DNA of 28,488 bases. It comes from a virus. Taxonomy: Duplodnaviria > Caudoviricetes. A model generated the notes under the pieces. That model saw only the letters and a program-made list of their open reading frames with translations. It was not told the origin of the DNA and did no database searches. Below, piece by piece: positions 19,391-27,097 of the stretch (positions are counted from its first letter, which is position 1; each line of letters opens with the position of its first letter). Both the position numbers and the translations under genes were made by a program. The stretch covers positions 1 through 28,488 of IMG/VR virus record IMGVR_UViG_3300022821_000085. One strand, 5' to 3'.

Positions 19391-19705
19391 TTATAGTCCC
19401 TCTTTAACAAGCCTCTTAATATAAGACTTATCCTTTAACTTATCTAAGTTGCACGTTTTTAACCCTCTCATCTTTAAGTCTAGTATGTATTCATTCATAT
19501 CAGCGTGACGTATAAACTTTTTTAGAATTTGCTTTTCTAGTTTTTTGCCTGATAGTATCTGTAAGTATTCTAGTAGTTCTTGGTTGTCATACTCTCTCCA
19601 TAGATATCCTGAACGATATACTTTCTCTAGTATTTCGGCAGCAATATTGTATTTATCAGAGTAAGCTATAAATGGGTCTGGGAAAGTAGTAAAGTCAATA
19701 ATCAT
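19391..19705 (-). CDS. hypothetical protein
   Basis: 104 aa ORF; promoter TAGACA-17-TATAAT ending 7 nt before the ATG. Confidence 0.65.
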   Translation of the reverse strand: MIIDFTTFPDPFIAYSDKYNIAAEILEKVYRSGYLWREYDNQELLEYLQILSGKKLEKQILKKFIRHADMNEYILDLKMRGLKTCNLDKLKDKSYIKRLVKEGL

Positions 19706-19738
19706 TAATTAAATTATACTATGTATATTGGTTTATGT

Positions 19739-19885
19739 CTATACTTTTAACATTAAGTAAACAGCTACAAATACTATTAATACTCCTACGATTGTAATTG
19801 AACTCATTAGTATATCTCCTATTGACTCTATACCTTGTGATTGTCTTAACATCTTTTTTCTTTTTGCTGTGTATTTATCGTTCAT
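19739..19885 (-). CDS. small protein with C-terminal TM helix (48 aa)
   Basis: MNDKYTAKRKKMLRQ...ITIVGVLIVFVAVYLMLKV; first ORF after a DnaA-box promoter. Confidence 0.6.
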   Translation of the reverse strand: MNDKYTAKRKKMLRQSQGIESIGDILMSSITIVGVLIVFVAVYLMLKV

Positions 19886-19914
19886 GTTTATTTGTTTAAC
19901 TTATTAATATCTTA

Positions 19915-19957
19915 AGTATATAAGTTGCGGGGAATTAGTCCAGAAAGTTATCCACAG
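19915..19957 (-). promoter_or_regulatory. DnaA-box-coupled promoter 3
   Basis: CTGTGGATAACT-3 nt-TGGACT-16 nt-TATACT. Confidence 0.6.
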
Positions 19958-20196
19958 GTAAAACTAAACTCATAAACTTCATTATAACTATTAAAAACAA
20001 CCCATGAGTCCTCGTATAAAGGTCTACAATATTGCCATGTTGTTTTAGCTATCTTGCTTGGCTCTATTGGCACTATCAATAATTGTTTGTCTGATACTCG
20101 CTCGAATCTTATCTGTTTCTCCGTCTCTTTCATTCTCCATAAGTGTTTTAACTTTTTGGTTAATCCATTTTTCTTCAGCTGTCCACTGTATATCAT
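19948..20196 (-). CDS. hypothetical protein (start uncertain)
   Basis: ORF track; fills the gap between co-directional genes. Confidence 0.5.
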   Translation of the reverse strand: MIYSGQLKKNGLTKKLKHLWRMKETEKQIRFERVSDKQLLIVPIEPSKIAKTTWQYCRPLYEDSWVVFNSYNEVYEFSFTCG

Positions 20197-20537
20197 TATT
20201 CATTTAATTCTAACCATAGTCTAGCTACTGCTTCTTCTGGGGAATTACAATCTAATTCAATTCCATCTATATCAATTCTCTTTACCCTTGTGTACCCAAT
20301 AGCATACCACCTACCATTTGTTCTATATAAAGTATCAAACCCATCTCCACAAGCCTCTATTAGTTCTGAGAGGGTAGGGATATAATAAGCATTATCAAAC
20401 ACTCCTAGATAATTCTCACATCTATCGTCTAGGTCTTGCCACACTTTAACCTCGCCATTGTGCCAGTATTTACCATACCGACTAGAACTCTGCGGAAACC
20501 CTGCATCCTTTAATTCTTTTGCTAGTTCGTAATCCAT
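20196..20537 (-). CDS. hypothetical protein, paralog of 19098..19376
   Basis: Same conserved N-terminal, central and C-terminal motifs as 19098..19376. Confidence 0.7.
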   Translation of the reverse strand: MDYELAKELKDAGFPQSSSRYGKYWHNGEVKVWQDLDDRCENYLGVFDNAYYIPTLSELIEACGDGFDTLYRTNGRWYAIGYTRVKRIDIDGIELDCNSPEEAVARLWLELNE

Positions 20538-20538
20538 A

Positions 20539-20937
20539 TTATTTATTGTTTAATGTTTTAAACTGCATGTTATACCAATGTATATCTGCTTTAACTGTTC
20601 CACGCTTTTTAATTTCTATTTCTCTAAACCAGTCGAGTCCTTTTATTTCAACAATCTTGGAAGCCCAATAGCTTTCATTATGGTGTAACATTAAATGACA
20701 ATGTGTGCATAATGGTATTAGGTTTTCTAGGTCATATCTTAAAGCTAAACTCTTTGACTTATGCACATGGTGATGGGCGACTTGAGATTTATAAGAGCAA
20801 TTAAGATTATCCTCCAACCCATTTAAGAGACACACTGGGTGCATTTCTGTAATAATTGGAGAAAGTAATCTATCGCACTTCTTCTGCATTTTAGATGTTG
20901 CAGACTTACCAACTCTTTTTATAGGACTCCTTTTCAT
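20539..20937 (-). CDS. NinG/Rap-like HNH nuclease
   Basis: AHHHVHKSKSLALRYDLENLIPLCTHCH, matching the NinG-type LRxDxxNxxxxCxxC pattern. Confidence 0.7.
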   Translation of the reverse strand: MKRSPIKRVGKSATSKMQKKCDRLLSPIITEMHPVCLLNGLEDNLNCSYKSQVAHHHVHKSKSLALRYDLENLIPLCTHCHLMLHHNESYWASKIVEIKGLDWFREIEIKKRGTVKADIHWYNMQFKTLNNK

Positions 20938-20964
20938 TACCTAATTATACCATAATAGCTATAT

Positions 20965-21180
20965 TTAGACCATTCTATAACCATTTTCATCTACCATTTC
21001 AAGATTATTAATAGGTGGTCTTTTATAGTTTTCTGGTGGTTGTAACTCTATCTCTATTTCTAACCCAAACTGTTTCTGGTTTAGTTTAGATAGTTTCTTA
21101 GCCATATCTATACAGTCAGCAGAACAGTATTTCCACGAGGTTAAGTTTTCTTCTTTACAAATCGGGCATATCTTTTTCAT
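20965..21180 (-). CDS. small zinc-finger protein
   Basis: CPIC...KYCSADC. Confidence 0.6.
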   Translation of the reverse strand: MKKICPICKEENLTSWKYCSADCIDMAKKLSKLNQKQFGLEIEIELQPPENYKRPPINNLEMVDENGYRMV

Positions 21181-21191
21181 TGAATGGTAGG

Positions 21192-21512
21192 TTAATCTTC
21201 TATTGATTTGACAGGAAAAGGTAAATTAACCCTGCCTTTAGACCTTTGGCTAATAATATTTCTTAAGTCGTTTATAACTACATTAATTTCATCTTCTGTG
21301 CAGTCTTCTGTGCTGTCTTTGTTGTACCTGAACTTGATAAGTTTGTGCGTCATGCCTTCATGGAGTGTATCTTTCGTTACTGGTATGTCTTCTGGCTTAT
21401 CAAACAGGATGGTTAAATCAGTACCAGTTTCTAAACACATGTCTGCTGTTGCTTGCATCCATTCGTGGTATGAGCCTCTTTGTGCTTTGCTTATTTTTAG
21501 TTCATTTGACAT
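21192..21512 (-). CDS. NinB/Orf-like recombination accessory protein (putative)
   Basis: SKAQRGSYHEW start, STEDCT and terminal LPFP resemble NinB-like proteins; lies between ssb and the NinG-like gene. Confidence 0.45.
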   Translation of the reverse strand: MSNELKISKAQRGSYHEWMQATADMCLETGTDLTILFDKPEDIPVTKDTLHEGMTHKLIKFRYNKDSTEDCTEDEINVVINDLRNIISQRSKGRVNLPFPVKSIED

Positions 21513-21533
21513 AATGTAATAATTGTTATGTAA

Positions 21534-21968
21534 TTAAAAAGGGATGTCTTCTGGGTTAATATCATCTACTGGTAGTTCTTCTTTTTTATCCATATCTTTC
21601 CAATCTTTTTCTGTCCTGTCTGTTGTGTTTTCTTTTTTCTCTGAATTTCCGAACTGGAAGTTTTCAGCAATAATTTCAGTTCTATACATCTTCTTTTGCG
21701 TATCTTTATCTTCCCAAGTGATTGTTTTCAATCTGCCCTCTACATATATTTGTTTTCCTTTCTTACAATATTGACCTATAATTTCTGCAACTTTTCCGAA
21801 AGCAACAACATTATGAAATTCTACTTCTTCTTGCTTTTCTCCCTCTTTATTTTTAAATGTTCTGTTGGTTGCTAGAGAGAACTTCGATACAACTACACCA
21901 CTCGGAAGTGAAGCCTGTTCTGGGTCTCTTGTTAAGTTTCCTATAATCTGTGTTTTGTTTAAATACAT
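21534..21968 (-). CDS. ssb: single-stranded DNA-binding protein
   Basis: LNK..IIGNLTRDPE, FSLATNR, EFHNVVAFGK, IYVEGRL and acidic DIPF tail. Confidence 0.95.
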   Translation of the reverse strand: MYLNKTQIIGNLTRDPEQASLPSGVVVSKFSLATNRTFKNKEGEKQEEVEFHNVVAFGKVAEIIGQYCKKGKQIYVEGRLKTITWEDKDTQKKMYRTEIIAENFQFGNSEKKENTTDRTEKDWKDMDKKEELPVDDINPEDIPF

Positions 21969-21970
21969 AT

Positions 21971-22576
21971 TTATTTTTTAAGTTTATTTTCTATTAGATT
22001 TATAATTTCTTCTCCCATAACAAGTCCAGCTACTATTTTATCTTGCATTTCACTATCTGGAAAAACTCTTTCTACTAATATTGAGTCTGGGAAGTTGGGA
22101 TTGAACACAACAAAGTCATTCCACTCTCTACCTGTAAACAATAATTGCATTTGCATTTGCCACATATACTGTTTTTCAATCTTTATCCCATCAATAATCA
22201 TCTCAAAATGTTTTTTATCTGCAAAACATTTAATCTCTACCATTCCATCTTTATCTACTAAGCCATCTGGGCTTACTCCTGCTAGTTTAGATATTTTGCT
22301 ATCAGTTATAAAGCCAACCTCTTTGACAGTATTACCTGTTTGTAGTTCATAAATGGCTCTTGCTTGTTCTTCTAGCTCTACACCACGCTCTAGGTCTTTA
22401 TTAGTATATTTTTCTTTAACTTCTGATGAATACTTTTCAGATAGCTTTTCTATACATAATGTTTTTAAACCTGCTCCTTGAGCCGATATAGCTTGAGCTT
22501 TGCTTGCTGTTAATGGATGTTTAATCCTTAACTCAAACCATTCTGGTGTTCCTTGATTAACTTTGTGCGATTTCAT
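21971..22576 (-). CDS. YqaJ / lambda-exonuclease family protein
   Basis: QGTPEWFELR, LTAS, RGVELEEQAR, GVSPDGLV, VEIKC and YMWQMQMQL motifs. Confidence 0.9.
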   Translation of the reverse strand: MKSHKVNQGTPEWFELRIKHPLTASKAQAISAQGAGLKTLCIEKLSEKYSSEVKEKYTNKDLERGVELEEQARAIYELQTGNTVKEVGFITDSKISKLAGVSPDGLVDKDGMVEIKCFADKKHFEMIIDGIKIEKQYMWQMQMQLLFTGREWNDFVVFNPNFPDSILVERVFPDSEMQDKIVAGLVMGEEIINLIENKLKK

Positions 22577-23039
22577 TTTTTCTATCAGTTACTAGCTTTG
22601 CAAAATCTTTACCTAAACCTTTATTTTCTTCCCATACTTGTTTGAGTTCTTCTTCTGTTTTAGCTTTATTTACTTTATCAAATATTCCCTCAAGTTTTTC
22701 ATTCTTGTATTCGATAAATTCTTCCATTTCTTCTGTTGAAGCAATCTCTCCACTAGCCATATATCCTAAATTGGCTAAAGCTCTACCAACTGCGATAGTT
22801 TCTAGCTTCTCAAATGCCTTCTCGCCCTTCTTAACTGATTGAGCATGTCCCGTTGCTCTTGCACAAGTTTCAGGATTGGACTTGTCTTTAATTACTGTTG
22901 CTTTAAATACTAGACCGCTTGTTAGTTCAAGAGGGTCTGTATCAATGTCTCCATTTGGGCAGTCCTCTCTAAAAAGCTTTATTCTTTCACTAACTTTGGC
23001 ATAATCTGCACTACCTAGTTTAATTGTTTTCGCTTTCAT
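22557..23039 (-). CDS. single-strand annealing protein (Rad52/Sak-like, putative)
   Basis: YAKVSERIKLFR..., ATGHA, EKLETIAVGRALANLG; directly upstream of exonuclease and ssb. Confidence 0.65.
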   Translation of the reverse strand: MKAKTIKLGSADYAKVSERIKLFREDCPNGDIDTDPLELTSGLVFKATVIKDKSNPETCARATGHAQSVKKGEKAFEKLETIAVGRALANLGYMASGEIASTEEMEEFIEYKNEKLEGIFDKVNKAKTEEELKQVWEENKGLGKDFAKLVTDRKNEIAQS

Positions 23040-23175
23040 TGTTATTGGTTAATCCTAATAACTTCTCTACAACTTCAACTGCATCCTCTTTGGTTTCATA
23101 TTCTGCCACGATGTCTGCTTCATGGTCTATCACTATCCACCCTGTTGACCTCTCTAACACTTGAAAATTTACCAT
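23020..23175 (-). CDS. small hypothetical protein (51 aa, MVNFQVLERSTGWIV...)
   Basis: ATG at 23175 after a DnaA-box promoter; TAA at 23020-23022 overlaps the SSAP start. Confidence 0.6.
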   Translation of the reverse strand: MVNFQVLERSTGWIVIDHEADIVAEYETKEDAVEVVEKLLGLTNNNESENN

Positions 23176-23201
23176 ATGTTTGTTTAACTATTAATACTTA
23201 T

Positions 23202-23244
23202 ATTATAACTAATCTGTGGTTTTAAGCTATTGAGTTATCCACAG
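23202..23244 (-). promoter_or_regulatory. DnaA-box-coupled promoter 2 (recombination operon)
   Basis: CTGTGGATAACT-3 nt-TAGCTT-16 nt-TATAAT. Confidence 0.7.
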
Positions 23245-23260
23245 TTTTAATTATCTAGTG

Positions 23261-23800
23261 TTATTTCTCCCTTTTCGTGTTAGTTGGTAATAGAGAGATG
23301 ACATCATCATAGCAACTGTCATATTTAAAACTGCCTGTTTGTTTTTGTACTAATGTCTTTATCTTCTCTATCTTCCCCCTCAACCTCTCTCTCTCTTCTG
23401 CTACGTCTTGTGCGATTGAGGTGGCGAGCCATTCGGGTTCAACAAGCGTTGCTTTCGTATACTCATACACGTTATACCCGCCATCTTCATCAACACCCTC
23501 TTCGTAAAGCCCATTTACAAAATCGTTTTCTTCTAGTTCGTAATCACAACCCACAACCCTACTTCCTAGCACTATCCCTTTTTGTAGTAATGATATTTCA
23601 CTGTCAAACACCTCATCACCACCCTCTCCTGTGTGACTATCATATACTTCAAAAAGGACGATAACCCCATCTCTCCATTTCACTTTACTAATTTCTTTTT
23701 CATCTATCTCATTACATTTTGCTTGATATTCTTTATACGCTGGTTCTTCTATTGCATTATATTCTGCATACGCTTTGTCTTTTTGTTCTTGTTTTGTCAT
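23261..23800 (-). CDS. hypothetical acidic protein with N-terminus shared with 25276..25458; start revised to 23800
   Basis: MTKQEQKDKAYAEYNAIEEPAYKEYQA is identical in both genes, including the upstream leader DNA. Confidence 0.65.
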   Translation of the reverse strand: MTKQEQKDKAYAEYNAIEEPAYKEYQAKCNEIDEKEISKVKWRDGVIVLFEVYDSHTGEGGDEVFDSEISLLQKGIVLGSRVVGCDYELEENDFVNGLYEEGVDEDGGYNVYEYTKATLVEPEWLATSIAQDVAEERERLRGKIEKIKTLVQKQTGSFKYDSCYDDVISLLPTNTKREK

Positions 23801-23817
23801 ATGTTTATTTTTTAAGT
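23719..23817. repeat. 99-bp direct repeat, copy 1 (copy 2 at 25377..25475)
   Basis: Base-for-base identity by manual alignment. Confidence 0.85.
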
Positions 23818-23840
23818 TAATAATTTTTATTGCTAACATA

Positions 23841-24020
23841 TTAGTTTTTTATCTCATCGCCAAACCATTTTTCTAAAAAGTTCATTTGTTCATCTGTGAA
23901 CCCTGAATCATACCCATCTCTAATAAACATGTCGTAAGTCATTCTGTGGTTGTGTCCTCTTTTAACATCTCCTTCTGGTAAATCTTTACAATCTTCACAA
24001 TGTCTTTTATTCCATTTCAT
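23841..24020 (-). CDS. small hypothetical protein (59 aa, MKWNKRHCEDC...)
   Basis: ATG at 24020, TAA at 23841-23843; CxxC plus His residues. Confidence 0.6.
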   Translation of the reverse strand: MKWNKRHCEDCKDLPEGDVKRGHNHRMTYDMFIRDGYDSGFTDEQMNFLEKWFGDEIKN

Positions 24021-24023
24021 ATC

Positions 24024-24390
24024 CTATTTTTTAAGTAAGTTAATAACTTCTTCTAGTCTTGCTTGTGCTTGTTCTTTACCTTTTGGTGTATGGGGGAAGA
24101 TGAGGTTGAGGGATAGTCTGTTTTTATCTTCTTTCTGCTCACTCCAAGATTCTTCATATACACCTAAAGGTTCTATATCTACATAGTAATACAATTCATT
24201 TATTTCTGGTGTCCATTTTGGTTCTTGTAGTGTAAAACCATAAAAATCTAATTCTAGTAGAGTCAAAAGTTCTCTACATACCTCATCTGAATTATCATAA
24301 GTAAGAATATAATAATCTCTAACTATTCCTAATATTTTTCTTGTATTTCCGTTTTTATCTATTATTGTGTCGTTTTGTTTGATATTTCAT
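24024..24390 (-). pseudogene. frameshifted paralog of 25463..25828
   Basis: ATGAAATATCAAACAAAAC versus ATGAAATACAAACAAAAC: one extra base in codon 3; the rest of the frame is intact and homologous. Confidence 0.7.
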
Positions 24391-24596
24391 ATTTGGAGTT
24401 TTTCAAGCATATCTCTTGTTCCTTTAAACTGTGGTATCTCATCTAATTCTATTTCATTTATTTCTAATAAGTCTTTAACAATTTCAGCAACATATTCACT
24501 TTCTCTGTCTGGAAAATCATCGTGATGTATTCCATCCTCTGTCATTTCTTCCATTGCTAGGTCTACTATATTCTCTTGTATTGTTTTAATGTTCAT
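24387..24596 (-). CDS. small acidic hypothetical protein
   Basis: 69 aa, D/E-rich; ATGA overlaps at both ends. Confidence 0.65.
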   Translation of the reverse strand: MNIKTIQENIVDLAMEEMTEDGIHHDDFPDRESEYVAEIVKDLLEINEIELDEIPQFKGTRDMLEKLQI

Positions 24597-24943
24597 AATT
24601 TTTGTATTAACGCTAATGTCTTCTTGTAATAGTCTATTTGGTCTTGGATTGCTATTTTCCTGCCCAGAAAGTAAGAGGATTCATAATCCTGTGGAATAGT
24701 AATTGATTCTATTCTTTCTATCTCATTTATCTTTCTAAGGTTAATTTTTATTGTTCCCTTCTCCAACTCTAATCTCTCTATCTCGTTCTCTATAAATGAT
24801 ATGTGAGATTGTTTGATGAAAATATCTATTCTCACCAATTGTGGTTCTTGAAATTCATCAGGCAACACCCCGTCTATACCATTATTCATAAAATTATTTC
24901 TAAACTCCTCTATATTCTTTTGTATGTTATCTATTGTTGACAT
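24593..24943 (-). CDS. hypothetical protein
   Basis: 116 aa ORF, tightly packed. Confidence 0.65.
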   Translation of the reverse strand: MSTIDNIQKNIEEFRNNFMNNGIDGVLPDEFQEPQLVRIDIFIKQSHISFIENEIERLELEKGTIKINLRKINEIERIESITIPQDYESSYFLGRKIAIQDQIDYYKKTLALIQKL

Positions 24944-24944
24944 A

Positions 24945-25265
24945 TTAGAATCGTGATTTAAGTATTTTATTTCCCTTTTGAACCCTTTTTAGTTTAGTTT
25001 TAAGTTCTGATAATCTTTCTTTATTAGAGTTAATTTTTTCCTGCAAATCATTTTCAATTTCTCTGTATAAAGTTTTGTCAGTATGTTCTAGTAAATTATC
25101 AATTTCATTCTCTAATTCTTTTAAACTGTTAAACCTTTTTCTACTATAATCCCAATTTCCACAGTAAATCTCATAATATGTATATGTTTGAAAAACTTTA
25201 AATGAAATATCCCAATAGCACTCATATTTTTTACTTAATTCTGTTAATTTATTATCTATTTTCAT
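24945..25265 (-). CDS. hypothetical protein with C-terminal coiled coil
   Basis: 106 aa ORF, tightly packed. Confidence 0.65.
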   Translation of the reverse strand: MKIDNKLTELSKKYECYWDISFKVFQTYTYYEIYCGNWDYSRKRFNSLKELENEIDNLLEHTDKTLYREIENDLQEKINSNKERLSELKTKLKRVQKGNKILKSRF

Positions 25266-25275
25266 AATTTATTTT

Positions 25276-25458
25276 TTAATCCACTAACTTATATTTCTTG
25301 CCATCAATTATTTTAATATCTAGCTCGTCTATCTCATTACATTTTGATTGATATTCTTTAAACGCTTGTTTTTCTATTGCTTGATATTCTTTATACGCTG
25401 GTTCTTCTATTGCATTATATTCTGCATACGCTTTGTCTTTTTGTTCTTGTTTTGTCAT
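25276..25458 (-). CDS. small hypothetical protein with 11-aa internal repeats
   Basis: AYAEYNAIEEP / AYKEYQAIEKQ / AFKEYQSKCNE; ends IIDGKKYKLVD. Confidence 0.65.
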   Translation of the reverse strand: MTKQEQKDKAYAEYNAIEEPAYKEYQAIEKQAFKEYQSKCNEIDELDIKIIDGKKYKLVD

Positions 25459-25475
25459 ATGTTTATTTTTTAAGT
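25377..25475. repeat. 99-bp direct repeat, copy 2
   Basis: Identical to 23719..23817. Confidence 0.85.
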
Positions 25476-25828
25476 AACTCTACTACTTCTAATAATCTTG
25501 CTTCTGCCTGCTTCTTTCCTTCTGGTGTAAAAGGGAAAATTAGGTTTAAATCTTTTCTACTGTTATCAATTTCACAATTAAACCAGAAAATTCTTCTAAC
25601 AGAATTTACTTCAATATTTGGATAATAATAATCTTCATATATTTCTGGTGTCCATTTTGGTTCTTGTAGTGTGTAGCCTGAATTGTCTAATTCTTCTTGA
25701 TTCCAAAGCATTTCACTCACTTTATCTGAATTTTCATGAGTAAGAATATAATAATCTCTAACTATTCCTAATATTTTTCTTGTATTTCCGTTTTTATCTA
25801 TTATTATGTCGTTTTGTTTGTATTTCAT
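25463..25828 (-). CDS. hypothetical protein (intact paralog of 24024..24390)
   Basis: 121 aa ORF sharing DNA blocks with 24202-24233 and 24301-24366. Confidence 0.7.
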   Translation of the reverse strand: MKYKQNDIIIDKNGNTRKILGIVRDYYILTHENSDKVSEMLWNQEELDNSGYTLQEPKWTPEIYEDYYYPNIEVNSVRRIFWFNCEIDNSRKDLNLIFPFTPEGKKQAEARLLEVVELLKK

Positions 25829-25830
25829 AA

Positions 25831-26433
25831 TTAGTTCTCCACTTGAAAACCAAGTGCGTTTAAGAAATCTGGTAACTGCTCTTTTGTTAGTTTTGATGTT
25901 CCTCCTTTTCCATAGAATTTAGCATTCATTAACTCTGCTTCACGAAGGTTTGCTTCACGAAGGTTTGCTTCACTAAGGTCTGCTTCACGAAGGTTTGCTC
26001 CACGAAGGTCTGCTTCACGAAGGTTTGCTTCACTAAGGTCTGCTTCACGAAGGTTTGCTTCACGAAGGTCTGCTTCACGAAGGTTTGCTTCACTAAGGTC
26101 TGCTTCACGAAGGTTTGCTTCACGAAGGTTTGCTCCACGAAGGTTTGCTCCACGAAGGTTTGCTTCACTAAGGTCTGCTTCACGAAGGTTTGCTCCACGA
26201 AGGTTTGCTCCACGAAGGTTTGCTTCACTAAGGTCTGCTTCACGAAGGTTTGCTTCCTCTACAGCTTCTCCCCATGTTGTTTTAGTTGATGTAAATATTA
26301 CATTTCCCGTAAATCTGTTTTTAATTTCTAACCCCACTTTCTTTTCTTCTACAGGTTTACTGTTTTGTTTTACAATTGCTTTTACTTCATCATCTGTTAA
26401 TTCTATTTCTTTGTTTTTTAATGTGTATTTCAT
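25831..26433 (-). CDS. pentapeptide repeat protein
   Basis: About 21 tandem A[D/N]L[R/S][E/G] units. Confidence 0.9.
   Translation of the reverse strand: MKYTLKNKEIELTDDEVKAIVKQNSKPVEEKKVGLEIKNRFTGNVIFTSTKTTWGEAVEEANLREADLSEANLRGANLRGANLREADLSEANLRGANLRGANLREANLREADLSEANLREADLREANLREADLSEANLREADLRGANLREADLSEANLREANLREAELMNAKFYGKGGTSKLTKEQLPDFLNALGFQVEN
25936..26256. repeat. 15-bp coding tandem repeat (tgcttcacgaaggtt and variants)
   Basis: Directly visible; encodes the pentapeptide repeats. Confidence 0.9.
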
Positions 26434-26435
26434 AA

Positions 26436-26981
26436 TTATTTTATTACTTTTACTTCATATCCTAACTTCTCTGATATTTCTGCTACTGTCATTTCTTTAG
26501 AAATCTCCATATTAGGTTTAAACCCTATAATTTTCTCTACAACATTTATATCCCATTCTGGTAGTTTAGCTAGTTCCTGCCATACAGAGTTAGGTAATTT
26601 TTTCCATTCGTCTGTCCATTCGTTATTTTCTAGTTCTAGTTTGAAATCTCCTTTTAGTTTGTTCCAAAGGTTTATAATTTCATATAACCTATCTGTTGTA
26701 ACTTGCTTATTAAACGCATAGTATTCTTTGCATTTTATATCACAGCAGAAGATTACATTACGACTTGAATCTACATTACGACTTGAATATACGATACGAC
26801 TTGAATCTACATTACGACTTGAATCTACATTACGACTTGAATATACATTACGACTTGAATATACATTACAACTTGAATCTACATTACGACTTGAATCTAC
26901 ATTACGACTTGAATATACATTACGACTTGAATATACAACACGACTTGAATCTACATCACTTGAATTATTTATATTTTCCAT
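26436..26981 (-). CDS. hexapeptide-repeat (beta-solenoid-like) protein
   Basis: About 12 SSRNV[D/Y] units followed by a helical domain ending EMTVAEISEKLGYEVKVIK. Confidence 0.75.
   Translation of the reverse strand: MENINNSSDVDSSRVVYSSRNVYSSRNVDSSRNVDSSCNVYSSRNVYSSRNVDSSRNVDSSRIVYSSRNVDSSRNVIFCCDIKCKEYYAFNKQVTTDRLYEIINLWNKLKGDFKLELENNEWTDEWKKLPNSVWQELAKLPEWDINVVEKIIGFKPNMEISKEMTVAEISEKLGYEVKVIK
26753..26963. repeat. 18-bp coding tandem repeat (tacattacgacttgaatc/ta)
   Basis: Directly visible; encodes the SSRNV[D/Y] units. Confidence 0.9.
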
Positions 26982-26983
26982 AA

Positions 26984-27097
26984 TTAATTGATTATCTCTC
27001 CGTCTTCGCTAATAACTCCTTCTTCTGGTTCTTTTTCATCCTCATATTCTTCTATGCCGATTGCGTATTCGTCTACATCTGGTGGTAAGTTATCCAT
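26984..27097 (-). CDS. very acidic 37-aa peptide
   Basis: MDNLPPDVDEYAIGIEEYEDEKEPEEGVISEDGEIIN; ATG overlaps the end of the upstream gene; stop lies 2 nt before the next ATG. Confidence 0.65.
   Translation of the reverse strand: MDNLPPDVDEYAIGIEEYEDEKEPEEGVISEDGEIIN

Noticed and set aside
24387-24595. Alternative genetic code (TGA=Gly or TAG recoded)
   Set aside because: Long genes are intact in code 11, TGA occurs in normal ATGA stop/start overlaps, and TAG ends several genes cleanly
23719-25828. Diversity-generating retroelement template/variable repeats
   Set aside because: No reverse transcriptase in the window, and differences are block-wise rather than adenine-specific
25936-26963. 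15-bp and 18-bp repeat arrays as CRISPR arrays
   Set aside because: Contiguous tandem units with no unique spacers, lengths are multiples of 3 inside ORFs, and no cas genes are present
1408-26991. Plus-strand ORFs in the supplied track (e.g. 1408..1998, 12054..12392, 13562..13900, 26728..26991) and the alternate-frame ORF 25929..26243
   Set aside because: They are antisense or alternate-frame shadows of clear genes or of tandem repeats, with atypical composition
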